Below are positions 9,668-19,058 of a DNA stretch of 64,000 bases, in pieces. The translations under genes and the position numbers were made by a program. The notes below the pieces were generated by a model. That model had not been told where the DNA came from and made no database searches. It was given only the letters and a program-made list of their open reading frames with translations. Source of the stretch: an uncultured Actinomycetota bacterium (GTDB lineage: Bacteria > Actinomycetota > Actinomycetes > JAFAQI01); contig CAVYQE010000011.1 in NCBI GenBank assembly GCA_963770565.1, positions 1 through 64,000 on the forward strand. The letters are read 5' to 3'. Position 1 is the stretch's first letter. The number at the start of each line of letters is the position of its first letter.

Positions 9668-10849
9668 GTGACCGACGCCGAAGAGCCGGCCCGGAACGTC
9701 CGCCGACTCACCGCCCTGGTCTGCGTGTTGGTCCTGGTCGACACGATCTTCTATACGGCGCTCACCCCACTCGTGCCGCACTACTCCCACACCGCCGGGC
9801 TCGGCAAGGGTGGCGTCGGCGTACTGGTTGCGGGCTATCCGGCCGGCACCCTCATCGCGTCGATTCCCGCGGGAGTGCTGTACGACCGGTTCGGCGCGCG
9901 CAGGTTGCTGCTGCTCGCGATGGCGCTGATGAGTGTCTCGACGCTCACCTTCGGTTGGTCGCACACCGCGGTGGTGTTGGTCCTCGCCAGGTTCGTCCAG
10001 GGCATCGGCGGCGCCTGTGCGTGGACGGTCGGACCGGCGACGCTGGCTGCGGTGGTGCCGGCCGGCCGACGAGGGAGATACCTCGGCATCGCGTTCTCGG
10101 CCGCAGTTGTCGGTGCGATGGTCGGACCGGCCTTCGGCGCTCTCGCCGCCCATCTCGGCACCGGCCGGGTCTTTTCGGCCGCTGCTGTGCTGGCCGTCGT
10201 GATCACCGGGTTCCAGCGGCTGTTGCCGCCCGCGGGGGTGCCACAGGCGCCGAGCCTGCGGGCGTTCGCGGAGCTGGCCCGACATGCCGACATCGCCCGG
10301 GGGATGTGGCTGACCTTGCTGGCCGGCGTCGGGCTCGGGATGCTCAGCGTGCTCGGACCACTGCGGTTGGACCACCTCGGGGCGTCGGCCGGCTTGATCG
10401 CGGCCGCCTTCATCGTCAGTGGCCTGCTCGAAGCGGCCCTCTCGCCATTGATCGGCCGGCTCAGCGATCACCACGGCTCCAGCTACACCGTCACCCAGTC
10501 ATTGGTCCTGTGCATCCTGACCTTCGCGCTGCTTCCGCTGGTATCAGCGCGCGGTGCGGCGTTGGTCCTGGTGGCGCTCGGCTCGCTGGCGTTCGGCACG
10601 TTGTTCATCCCGGCGGCGGCGCTGATCAGCGACGAAAGCACCGAGCGCGGCCTGCAGCTCGGTCTGGTCTTCGGGCTGACCAACCTGCTGTGGGCGACCG
10701 GGCAGGGCCTGGCCGCCGCCGTCAGTGGCTACGTCGCGAACGCAACCAGTGACAGCGTCCCGTTCTTCGTCGCTGTTGCGCTGTGCGTCGTCAGTTTGGT
10801 CTCGACCCGCCGAGAGGCCCGCCGAGACGCCCGCCGAGCTCTGACCTGA
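9668..10849 (+). CDS. MFS transporter
   Basis: About 12 hydrophobic segments, GVLYDRFGARR motif A, ARFVQGIGG. Confidence 0.88.
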   Translation: MTDAEEPARNVRRLTALVCVLVLVDTIFYTALTPLVPHYSHTAGLGKGGVGVLVAGYPAGTLIASIPAGVLYDRFGARRLLLLAMALMSVSTLTFGWSHTAVVLVLARFVQGIGGACAWTVGPATLAAVVPAGRRGRYLGIAFSAAVVGAMVGPAFGALAAHLGTGRVFSAAAVLAVVITGFQRLLPPAGVPQAPSLRAFAELARHADIARGMWLTLLAGVGLGMLSVLGPLRLDHLGASAGLIAAAFIVSGLLEAALSPLIGRLSDHHGSSYTVTQSLVLCILTFALLPLVSARGAALVLVALGSLAFGTLFIPAAALISDESTERGLQLGLVFGLTNLLWATGQGLAAAVSGYVANATSDSVPFFVAVALCVVSLVSTRREARRDARRALT

Positions 10850-10862
10850 CCCGCCAGGTGAA

Positions 10863-10943
10863 AAGCAATGTCACATTGCCCCGCACTTCGTGGGGGCAAT
10901 GTGACCTCACCCCCCAGAATGCCCAGGCAATGTGACATTGCTT
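10863..10943. repeat. REP/MITE-like palindromic element between convergent genes
   Basis: Perfect 18-bp inverted repeats AAGCAATGTCACATTGCC (10863-10880) and GGCAATGTGACATTGCTT (10926-10943), plus an internal GGCAATGTGAC (10895-10905). Confidence 0.75.
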
Positions 10944-10945
10944 GG

Positions 10946-11965
10946 TCAGGGCGGGATCACGACGGCGCGGCCGTTGAGGGTGCCGGCCCGAAGCCGCTCG
11001 TACGCCTGCGGGGTCTGCGCGAAGTCGAAGACCTCGGTCTCGATCGTCAGGTCGCCGGACTGCGCGAGCTCGATGACCGCGGTGAGCTCGGCAACCGTTG
11101 CTCCCTGCGGGATGAAGACGTCGCAGTCGTGCGCAAGCTGACCGAAGCGAATCTGCGCCGTACCGAAGCCTTGCCCGACGATCGCGACCGACCCGAGCGT
11201 GGCCGCGTTCCGGATCGCCGCGTTCATCGTCTGGTCGGTCCCGACGAAGTCGAGGATCGCCTCGGCGCCATCGGGCCCGACTGCTTCACGAAGCCGCCGC
11301 GACAGCCCGTCTCCGCCGAGCAGGGTGTCGTGCGCACCCAACCCGGTCGCCGCGGTCAGCCGCTCGGCCCGCGCGTCGATCGCGACGATCCGGGCCGGCG
11401 AGAGTAGTCGCAGCCACTGAAGCGCATAGCTGCCGAGACCACCGACGCCGATCACCACGGCGCTGGAGCCCGGGCCGAGTTTCGGCAGCACGCGCTGAAC
11501 CGCGTGGTAGCTCGTTGCGCCGGCATCGGTGAGCGGCGCGGCCTGAGCGGGTGACAGCGCGCCGATCGGCACGATGTCGCGGCGGCGTACGACGAGGTGT
11601 GAGGCGAGCCCGCCGTCGAGACCGAACCCGCGACCGCGCCACGAGTTGACGCAGTAGTTGTCAGCGCCGCGCCGGCACCAGCGGCACTCGCCGCAGGTCG
11701 ACATGCAGGTGATCGCGACCGAAGTGTCGATCTCGACGTCGTCGACCCCGGCGCCGACCGCGTCCACCCAGCCGGCGATCTCGTGCCCCAACGTGAACGG
11801 GACGGCGTAAGGCAGGATGCCGGCCGGCGCGTCGAGGAACAACACGTCCGAGTGGCAAAGGCCGACCCCACCGACTCGGACCAAGATCTCGTCGGGCTGG
11901 GGAACCGGGACCACGACCTCGGCGAAGCCGGGCTGTTGCCAGTCGAGCAGCCTGTACGCGCGCAT
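10946..11965 (-). CDS. Zn-dependent alcohol dehydrogenase
   Basis: GLCHSD, GHEIAG, CGECRWCRRGADNYC, IGVGGLG. Confidence 0.93.
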   Translation of the reverse strand: MRAYRLLDWQQPGFAEVVVPVPQPDEILVRVGGVGLCHSDVLFLDAPAGILPYAVPFTLGHEIAGWVDAVGAGVDDVEIDTSVAITCMSTCGECRWCRRGADNYCVNSWRGRGFGLDGGLASHLVVRRRDIVPIGALSPAQAAPLTDAGATSYHAVQRVLPKLGPGSSAVVIGVGGLGSYALQWLRLLSPARIVAIDARAERLTAATGLGAHDTLLGGDGLSRRLREAVGPDGAEAILDFVGTDQTMNAAIRNAATLGSVAIVGQGFGTAQIRFGQLAHDCDVFIPQGATVAELTAVIELAQSGDLTIETEVFDFAQTPQAYERLRAGTLNGRAVVIPP

Positions 11966-11978
11966 CGTGGTCGGGCGG

Positions 11979-12731
11979 CTAGCTGTTCGCGGCGAGGTAC
12001 GCCGACGTGAACGACAGCAGGACGGGCGAGTGGGCGGGACCGAAGATCTCGATCAGCCGGCCGCCGCGCTGGTAGGCGATCGCCATGGACAGCGGCGACT
12101 TGGTCAGCGTCCGCACCTTCGTGCCCGACAGCACGTAGTCAGCGATCTTCGCGTCCGACCCGACGAAGGCTTCGGCGCCTCTGGCCGCGTTGCCGAGGAC
12201 CTGGCCGACCGGGGTCTTGTCCAATGTCCCGCCGATCGTCGGCGTGTATTGCAGGATCACGATGGCGAGGTCCACCTGGTTGCTGCCGGCTCGCTCGACG
12301 CCACGGCCGACCACGGCCGAGGTGAGCCCGGTCGCCTTGATCTCGGACACGATCGGCGCGACGTTTGCCGGCAACGCGGTGTAGGAGTAGCCCGGCACCG
12401 GGACGACGTTGATCGAGGCCGGCGCCGGGGAGGCGCTGTGGCCGATCGATGCGCTCGGCACGGACGTGGCGGAGCCGCCGGATGACGACGAGCCGTTCCT
12501 GACCGCGGCCACGATGCCGACCGCGATCCCGCCGACCGCCACCACGAGGGCCACGGCCAGCACGACCGTGAGCAGCGCGTGCCGCGCCGCCCAGCCCTTG
12601 ACCTCCGGGTAGAAGATCCAGCCGTCAGGCGGCGGACCCCACGAGGGGTCGGGTTGCCATCCCGGTGGCGGCGCCCACCCGGGGTTCGGGGGCGGCGGCC
12701 AGTTCGGCGGGGGAGTCCACTGCGTCGGCAT
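11979..12731 (-). CDS. Membrane-anchored protein with Pro/Trp-rich N-terminus
   Basis: PPPNWPPPPNPGWAPPPGWQPDPSWGPPPDGW, then one TM helix and a Ser-rich linker. Confidence 0.7.
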   Translation of the reverse strand: MPTQWTPPPNWPPPPNPGWAPPPGWQPDPSWGPPPDGWIFYPEVKGWAARHALLTVVLAVALVVAVGGIAVGIVAAVRNGSSSSGGSATSVPSASIGHSASPAPASINVVPVPGYSYTALPANVAPIVSEIKATGLTSAVVGRGVERAGSNQVDLAIVILQYTPTIGGTLDKTPVGQVLGNAARGAEAFVGSDAKIADYVLSGTKVRTLTKSPLSMAIAYQRGGRLIEIFGPAHSPVLLSFTSAYLAANS

Positions 12732-12807
12732 CAGGTGTTCGCCTCTGGATCGTCAAACCGTCACGACAGGCTCGCATATCCGCGCGGCCGGTCGACCGCC
12801 CCGGAGT

Positions 12808-12826
12808 TTCTGACGCCCTTTCAGAT
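12808..12826. promoter_or_regulatory. CTGAC-N5-GTCAG-type operator, copy 2
   Basis: TTCTGACGCCCTTTCAGAT upstream of the acyl-CoA synthetase at 12863. Confidence 0.6.
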
Positions 12827-12862
12827 ATGGTCGGTACCCGATCAAATGTGGAGGACCTGTCC

Positions 12863-14449
12863 ATGTCGTCGGCGCTCGATCCACCGTCCGATCTGCACAC
12901 CGCCGCGTTCATGCCCGACCTGCTGGTTGCGGCGCTGACCCGCCACGCGGACCGACCCGCGGTCTATCTCGGCGACGAAGTCCTGACCGCAGCGCAGGTC
13001 GCGGCCGAGATCAGCCGGTACGTCCAGGCCTACCGCAGTCTCGGCATCGGAGTGCAGCATCCGATTGCGATGCTGTCGAAGAACCGGCCGGAAGTGCTGT
13101 TCACGATGGGCGCCAACATGCTCTCGGCCTGCCGGAGTACGTCGCTGCACCCGATGGGCTCGGTCGACGACCAGGCCTACGTACTGGACGATGCCGGCGT
13201 CGAGACGCTGGTGTTCGACCCGTCGGCGTTCGACGAGCGGGCGGCAGAGCTGCGCGAGCGGGTCCCCGGCCTCAAGACCTTGCTGTCCTTCGGGCCGTCC
13301 GAGTCCGGCGTCGACCTGATGGCGCTCGCCGCGACCTTCGAGCCGCAGCCGCTGGTCGCACCGGTCGTCGACCCCGAGCAGGTCACCGGGCTCACCTACA
13401 CCGGCGGCACCACCGGGCAGTCGAAGGGCGTGATGCAGACCTATCGCAGCGGCGCCGCACTCACCCAGATCCAGCTCGCGGAGTGGGAGTGGCCGGCCGA
13501 CACCCGGTTCCTGATCGCTACCCCGCTGTCGCATGCCGGTGCGGCCTTCTTCGTGCCCACGTTGCTTCGCGGCGGCTGCATCGTCGTACTGCCCGGCTTC
13601 GACCCGACCGCGGTGCTCGAGGCGATCCAGAACTACCGGATCACCGCGACGATGCTTGTGCCGACCATGCTCTACATCCTGATGGACCACCCGAAGATCG
13701 ACGAGTACGACCTGTCGAGTCTGGAGACCGTGTACTACGGTGCGGCCGCGATCTCGCCGACCCGGCTCAAGGAGGCGATTGAGCGGTTCGGACCGATCTT
13801 CTTCCAGTTCTTCGGGCAGTCCGAGTGCGGGATGACGATCGCCGTCCTGAAGAAGGAGGAGCACGACACCGGCGACCTTGCCCGGCTCGCCTCCTGCGGC
13901 CGGCCGGTGCCATGGTTGAAGGTGGCATTGCTCGACGACGCGATGAACGACGTGCCCGATGGCGAGCCCGGCGAGATCTGCGTGCGCGGCCCGTTGGTGA
14001 TGAAGGGCTACTGGAACAAGCCCGAGCAGACCGCGGAAGCGTTGCAGGGTGGCTGGCTGCACACCGGTGACATCGCCAGGCGCGACACAGGCGGCTTCCT
14101 GACGATCGTCGATCGCAAGAAGGACATGATCGTCTCCGGCGGCTTCAACGTCTTCCCGCGCGAGGTCGAGGACGTCATCGGCACGCATCCTTCGGTCGCG
14201 CAGGTCGCGGTTATCGGCGTGCCGGACGAGAAGTGGGGTGAGGCGGTCAAGGCGGTCGTGGTGCTGCGGCCCGAGCAGGTGGTCTCGGCCGACGAGCTTG
14301 CCGACCTGGTGCGGGAGCACAAAGGGGCGATCCACGCGCCGAAGTCGGTCGACTTCGTCGACGCGATTCCGTTGTCAGCATTGGGAAAGCCCGACAAGAA
14401 GGCGCTTCGCGCGCAGTACTGGCAGGGCGCGGACCGGATGGTCAACTAG
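12863..14449 (+). CDS. Acyl-CoA synthetase (FadD8-like)
   Basis: YTGGTTGQSKG, QFFGQSE, WLHTGD, DRKKDMIVSGGFNVFPREVE; GGAGG RBS. Confidence 0.9.
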   Translation: MSSALDPPSDLHTAAFMPDLLVAALTRHADRPAVYLGDEVLTAAQVAAEISRYVQAYRSLGIGVQHPIAMLSKNRPEVLFTMGANMLSACRSTSLHPMGSVDDQAYVLDDAGVETLVFDPSAFDERAAELRERVPGLKTLLSFGPSESGVDLMALAATFEPQPLVAPVVDPEQVTGLTYTGGTTGQSKGVMQTYRSGAALTQIQLAEWEWPADTRFLIATPLSHAGAAFFVPTLLRGGCIVVLPGFDPTAVLEAIQNYRITATMLVPTMLYILMDHPKIDEYDLSSLETVYYGAAAISPTRLKEAIERFGPIFFQFFGQSECGMTIAVLKKEEHDTGDLARLASCGRPVPWLKVALLDDAMNDVPDGEPGEICVRGPLVMKGYWNKPEQTAEALQGGWLHTGDIARRDTGGFLTIVDRKKDMIVSGGFNVFPREVEDVIGTHPSVAQVAVIGVPDEKWGEAVKAVVVLRPEQVVSADELADLVREHKGAIHAPKSVDFVDAIPLSALGKPDKKALRAQYWQGADRMVN

Positions 14450-15291
14450 TGAGCTATCCGCGCGAGAACTACCCGCTCGAGCCCGGCGGGGTCGACGACT
14501 ACCCCGTCAAGGTCGGCTCGATGTTGCTCACCCTCGTCGACCCGCACAAGGGCTACGAGGTGGCCTACAACCGGTGGTACGAGCGCGACCACTACAACGC
14601 CGGTTGTCTCATCGGCCCGTGGAACTTCGCCGGCTCGCGATGGGTGGCGACCCGCGAGCTGAAGGATCTGCGCTGGGGTACGACGGCGGTCGCCGATCCG
14701 CTCGACGCCGGCTCCTACGTCGCGATCTATTGGGTCGAGGCCGGTCACCACACCGACTGGGACGAATGGGCACTGCCGCAGGTGCAGTCGTTGTACGGGA
14801 GCGGCCGTGGGTTCATCGAGCGCTCGCACGTGCACACCGCGACCTTCGACCATGTCGGCGCGGCCTACCGCGACCCCGACCCGGTGCCGGTGGAGTTGGC
14901 GCTCGACCACCACTACGACGGCATCGTCGGCGTATGGCTGGACGGCCGCGGCGGCCTCGACGCGGCCGCCCTGCATGAGCTGTTGGTCAGCGGCGGCGCC
15001 GTAGCCGATCTCACTGCGGGTTCGTCGATCGAAATCGTGTCCTCGTGGACGCCACGGTCGGAGTTCCGGAACTCCCGCGACAGCGCACCGATGGCGCTCG
15101 GCTCGCCGGGCGGCCAGGAGAACCGGCTGTGCCAGGTCTGTTTCGTCGGCGGGGACGTCCGTGCCAGCCTCGACCGGTTCCGCGTTTACACCGCTCGGCT
15201 GGCGGCCGACGGGATCGCCGACACCGCCCTGGTGGCGCCGTTCCTGCGCACGGTCGTCGGCACCGACACCTACGTCGACGAGATCTGGTGA
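14449..15291 (+). CDS. Hypothetical protein coupled to the acyl-CoA synthetase
   Basis: TAGTG overlap, GC3-rich codons, AYNRWYERDH motif reminiscent of EthD-like barrels. Confidence 0.75.
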   Translation: MSYPRENYPLEPGGVDDYPVKVGSMLLTLVDPHKGYEVAYNRWYERDHYNAGCLIGPWNFAGSRWVATRELKDLRWGTTAVADPLDAGSYVAIYWVEAGHHTDWDEWALPQVQSLYGSGRGFIERSHVHTATFDHVGAAYRDPDPVPVELALDHHYDGIVGVWLDGRGGLDAAALHELLVSGGAVADLTAGSSIEIVSSWTPRSEFRNSRDSAPMALGSPGGQENRLCQVCFVGGDVRASLDRFRVYTARLAADGIADTALVAPFLRTVVGTDTYVDEIW

Positions 15292-15294
15292 GCC

Positions 15295-15882
15295 TCAGAT
15301 GGTGTGGATCTTGTCCGTGCGGGTGTTCCACACCACCGAGTTGAACTTGCCGAGCTGGCCGCTGGCCGCGTCGATCGGCGCGTAGGAGTACGTGATCGTC
15401 TCGTAGGACAGGGTGAAGTGGTCGCTCGACGGCCCGTCCCCACTCGACGTAAAGCTGTACGAGCTGATGATCACGTTGGCGAGATCGATCTTGACGAACT
15501 TCGCGCTCGTCTGGACGTCCTGGAGCGTGATCTCGACCGTCTTGAACACCCTGCCCTCGGCCATGTCCAGGAAGTACGTCGGTGACTTGGGCGTTGACGG
15601 TGCGGTGAACTCGAGGTTGGACGGCCCGGGCTCGCGACTGCTCCTGCGGCCATGGACTGCGGGTTCACCGGCGCCGAAGCTCACGCTTGTGACCTGGACC
15701 GGGGCCGCCGAGTTGAACTGGACGAAGTATTCGACCGCGCCAGCGCGACCCACGAGGTTCGGGTTCTTTGCCGCGGCGCGGGCGGCAGCCGGCAAGCCAG
15801 CCGCGCCCAGCAGTGCCCCGGCGCCGATCGCACTTCCCTTGAGAATCGTCCGGCGGCTCGTATCGTGCTTCTCGCTGTCCAT
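15295..15882 (-). CDS. Tat-signal, Hcp-like (T6SS/phage tube fold) protein, 195 aa
   Basis: GGAGG RBS and ATG at 15882; SRRTILK...AARA Tat signal; VTSVSFG, LEFT...SPTYF...GRVFKTVEI, IDLANVIISSYSFTSSG, FTLSYETITYSY, VVWN match the Hcp pattern. Confidence 0.72.
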   Translation of the reverse strand: MDSEKHDTSRRTILKGSAIGAGALLGAAGLPAAARAAAKNPNLVGRAGAVEYFVQFNSAAPVQVTSVSFGAGEPAVHGRRSSREPGPSNLEFTAPSTPKSPTYFLDMAEGRVFKTVEITLQDVQTSAKFVKIDLANVIISSYSFTSSGDGPSSDHFTLSYETITYSYAPIDAASGQLGKFNSVVWNTRTDKIHTI

Positions 15883-16002
15883 GGACCGGCCTCCCCTGCT
15901 GACCCGACTTCGTGGATCGCGCGTGGCTTGACCGTACGCTGACCCACACGCAGCGGCAAGGAGCAGCGGGGTGAACACTCGAGTACGGCCGGTGAGCGAC
16001 TT

Positions 16003-17499
16003 GTGACACCTCACCTCGCCGCAGGGCCACAGGTCGTGCCCGGGCTGCGCACGGTGTCCGAGGCCTTCGCCGCCGCCGGCTACCGGCCCGACGGGATCGC
16101 GATGCTGCTCGGGGTCGAGCGCGACATCCCCACCACTCCGGCCGACCTGAGTCTCCACCGGCGACGGCTGGCTGGAGCGCCGGGTCCGCTCGCCGACCTC
16201 GTCACGCTGTTTGCGTTCGGCTGGCCGGTGGCGCTGGACCGAGCGGTCGCCGCAGTCGGCTCGGTCGGGGTCGACGCACTGGTGGCGAGTGGCGCCCTGG
16301 TCGAGCGCGACGGCTCGGTGTCGCCGATGGTGCGGATCGCGCCCCACGACGACGTCTGGATCGCGTCGGACCGTCCGGTGGAGGACGAGTCCGACGCAGA
16401 TCCGCAGCACGTGCCCGGGATCAACCCGCCGGCCACTTTGCTCGCTGCGCTCACCGTTCGCCACCAGGTCGGTTCGGCCCTCGATCTCGGCACCGGCAAC
16501 GGGATCCAGGCGTTGTTGCTCGCCCGGCACTGCGACCGGGTTGTCGCTACCGACGCCAACCCGCGTGCACTGGCGTTCGCAGCCTTCAATGCCGCGCTCA
16601 ACGATGTCGCGGCGATCGAGCTGCGTGCGGGGAGTTGGTTCGAGCCGGTTGCGGGAGAGCGCTTCGACCTGATTGTGAGCAACCCGCCGTACGTCATCTC
16701 TCCGGAGCACGAGTACATGTACCGCGACAGCGGACAGGAGCCCGGCGCGGTCTGCGCGACCGTCATCGGTGGACTGCCGGCGCACCTCACGGACGGTGGC
16801 TACGCCTCGGTGCTGGCAAGCTGGCCGGTCTACGGCGATCGGCACTGGTCCGAGCAACCACGCCAGTGGTTGACGTCCGGCGGTCGGGCCTGGCTGTTGC
16901 AGTTCAGCCTGGACGACCCGCTGTCGCATGCAGCCCGATGGAACCAGCCGCTCGCCTCGGTCGGGCAGCTCGATGCGTTCGAGGAGTCGGTGGGGCGATG
17001 GGTGCGATACACCGGCGAACGGGGGATCGAAGCGATCGGGTACGGCGCGGTGATCGTGCAGCAACACGACGGGGCGCCAATCGTGGTGCGCGCCGACCAT
17101 GTGCGGACCGGACACGGCGATATCACCACGCAGGTCGAACGAGTCTTTGCGGCGCACGAGCTCCTCGCCGGGCTGGACGACGATGCGGTGGCCGGGCTGG
17201 CTTGGCAGCCGGCACCGGAGCTGCGGGTACGACGGGGCTTGCGCCACATCTCGGGCGATTGGCAGCCGGGAGAGACGGTCGTGACCCTGGCCGACGGCGC
17301 GCTGGTCGAGGCGACGCTCGACCCGATGATGGGCGAGATCCTGCTTCGGTCGACCAGCGGCCAGTCGGTACGGGCGGCCGCAGAGCAGGTCGCCTCGCTT
17401 GCCGAGCTCGGGCCCGACCAGGTGCCTGAGCTGCTCGGCGCAGCGGTCGCGATGGTTCGCGAGTTGGTGACGCTGGGAGCGCTGGTCGCGGCCGGGTAG
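16003..17499 (+). CDS. Class I SAM-dependent methyltransferase (HemK-like NPPY), with N- and C-terminal extensions
   Basis: ALDLGTGNG, VVATDANPRA, FDLIVSNPPY. Confidence 0.85.
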   Translation: MTPHLAAGPQVVPGLRTVSEAFAAAGYRPDGIAMLLGVERDIPTTPADLSLHRRRLAGAPGPLADLVTLFAFGWPVALDRAVAAVGSVGVDALVASGALVERDGSVSPMVRIAPHDDVWIASDRPVEDESDADPQHVPGINPPATLLAALTVRHQVGSALDLGTGNGIQALLLARHCDRVVATDANPRALAFAAFNAALNDVAAIELRAGSWFEPVAGERFDLIVSNPPYVISPEHEYMYRDSGQEPGAVCATVIGGLPAHLTDGGYASVLASWPVYGDRHWSEQPRQWLTSGGRAWLLQFSLDDPLSHAARWNQPLASVGQLDAFEESVGRWVRYTGERGIEAIGYGAVIVQQHDGAPIVVRADHVRTGHGDITTQVERVFAAHELLAGLDDDAVAGLAWQPAPELRVRRGLRHISGDWQPGETVVTLADGALVEATLDPMMGEILLRSTSGQSVRAAAEQVASLAELGPDQVPELLGAAVAMVRELVTLGALVAAG

Positions 17500-17516
17500 T
17501 CGCGCGAGGAAAACCG

Positions 17517-18122
17517 TCAGCGCCAGGCGAACACGGGTTGTTCGAGCTCGTCGACTCTCGTGGTCCGGCCGTGGAGCGCGAGCTCGCGGAACTGGTAGAT
17601 CACCGCCGCGGTCGGCGCGTGGATCAAGGTGCGGAACATCAGCAGCTGGATCACCGGCGCTGGTGACTGGCGGATCCGCTTGAATCTCGGCTCGACGCTG
17701 AGCTCGGGCTCGTAGGCGATGTGGACCCGGGCGACCTCGCTCGGGTTCGGCGCGATCCGGTCAACGACCGGCCCGGCCCACACGACCACCGGGGTAAGCC
17801 GGTAGCCCGACCTGGTCGAGTAGTCGTCGAGGCGGCCCAGGATGGTGTCGGGGGACAGGGCGAGACCGATCTCTTCGTCGAGCTCGCGCAGCGCGGCCTG
17901 CTCCGGGCTTTCGCCCGGATCGATCCGGCCGCCGGGCAGCGCCCACTGCCCCGGGTGCGCGCGCATCGTGTCCGGCCGTTTGGTAACGATGATGCCCGGC
18001 CCGTTGGCGTCGACGACGACGGCCAGGACGACCGCTGCGGCCTTGCGCTCGCCCAGGTCCTGCGGTCGTCGCTCGAAGTCCGCGACCCGCGTCGACAGGG
18101 TCTCGCGATCGAATCCGGTCAT
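17517..18122 (-). CDS. Nudix CoA pyrophosphatase
   Basis: HPGQWALPGGRIDPGESPEQAALRELDEEIG, NPSEV. Confidence 0.88.
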   Translation of the reverse strand: MTGFDRETLSTRVADFERRPQDLGERKAAAVVLAVVVDANGPGIIVTKRPDTMRAHPGQWALPGGRIDPGESPEQAALRELDEEIGLALSPDTILGRLDDYSTRSGYRLTPVVVWAGPVVDRIAPNPSEVARVHIAYEPELSVEPRFKRIRQSPAPVIQLLMFRTLIHAPTAAVIYQFRELALHGRTTRVDELEQPVFAWR

Positions 18123-19027
18123 GCCGAGAGCAACGGACCGACGTGCTCGCCGAACGCGCTGACCTGGTCGACCAGCTCGCCGGCCGATCGACTGGCGAAG
18201 CGCACCTGCAAGTGGTTGACGCCGGTGTCGGTCCACGCCCGCAACGCGGCGGCGATCTGCTCGGGCGTGCCGGTCGTGGCCGGCCGGCCAAGATCCCAGG
18301 TGGGCGAACCGACGTACAGCCATTCGGTGATCGCCCCGATGTCGCCGGTGTCGTCGCCGCGTTCGCGCCGGTAGAGCTCGATCAGCGGGGGCAGGTCGGC
18401 GAGCGGGGTTCCCTGCGGCAACCACCCGTCCGCCAGCCGGGCGGCCCGCCGCACCGCAGGCGCCGCCGAGCCGCCGACCCACAGCGGGGGCCGTGGTTGT
18501 TGCACTGCGCGGGGCTCGATGTCCATGCCGTCGATGCTGCCCTCGCGCAGCGCCGCATCGAGCACCTGCAGGGCTTCGTCGCTCACCCGACCGCGGTTGG
18601 CGTAGTCGGCGCCGAGGGCGGCGAACTCCTTCTCGACGTGCCCGACCCCGACGCCGATGATCGCCCGCCCGGCCGAGAGCAGATCGAGAGTGGCAAAGGC
18701 CTTCGCGGTGACGAGCGGATGGCGGTAGGTGAGGTTGTAGACCGTGGACAGCAGCCGGGTCGTCGTCGTCTGGGCCGCCACCCAGGCCAGCGTCGCAATC
18801 GTGTCGTACCAGATCGCGCCCATCCGCGGGGAGAGCTCCGCGGGAATCGCCACGTGGTCGCAGACGCCGACATAGAAGAAGCCGCCTCGGTCGGCGGCGC
18901 GCGCGACGTCGGCGATCTCGGCCGGGCCGGCGGCGCGCTCCCAAGGCTCTACGAAGTAGGTGCTCTGCGCCTGGACCGGCAACTGCAGGCCGTAGACAAC
19001 GGTGCCGGGCGGCACGATCGGCGCCAT
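18119..19027 (-). CDS. LLM-class (probably F420-dependent) oxidoreductase
   Basis: CDHVAIP, RHPLVTAKAFATLDLLSAGR, PPLWVGG, ARLADGW. Confidence 0.88.
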   Translation of the reverse strand: MAPIVPPGTVVYGLQLPVQAQSTYFVEPWERAAGPAEIADVARAADRGGFFYVGVCDHVAIPAELSPRMGAIWYDTIATLAWVAAQTTTTRLLSTVYNLTYRHPLVTAKAFATLDLLSAGRAIIGVGVGHVEKEFAALGADYANRGRVSDEALQVLDAALREGSIDGMDIEPRAVQQPRPPLWVGGSAAPAVRRAARLADGWLPQGTPLADLPPLIELYRRERGDDTGDIGAITEWLYVGSPTWDLGRPATTGTPEQIAAALRAWTDTGVNHLQVRFASRSAGELVDQVSAFGEHVGPLLSA

Positions 19028-19039
19028 GGCCGGAGTGTA

Positions 19040-19058
19040 ATCTGACGGGGTGTCAGAT
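19040..19058. promoter_or_regulatory. CTGAC-N5-GTCAG-type operator, copy 3 (perfect arms)
   Basis: ATCTGACGGGGTGTCAGAT, lying in the 22-bp divergent gap and over the GTG at 19050. Confidence 0.72.

Noticed and set aside
10863-10943. CRISPR array
   Set aside because: Repeats are inverted, with no regular spacers and no cas genes.
15883-17247. N-terminal 455 aa of the 650-aa ORF as a large Hcp fusion
   Set aside because: Antisense to the methyltransferase; the real gene has its own RBS and ATG at 15882.
15295-17499. A complete type VI secretion system or prophage
   Set aside because: No sheath, baseplate, VgrG, integrase or capsid genes in the window.
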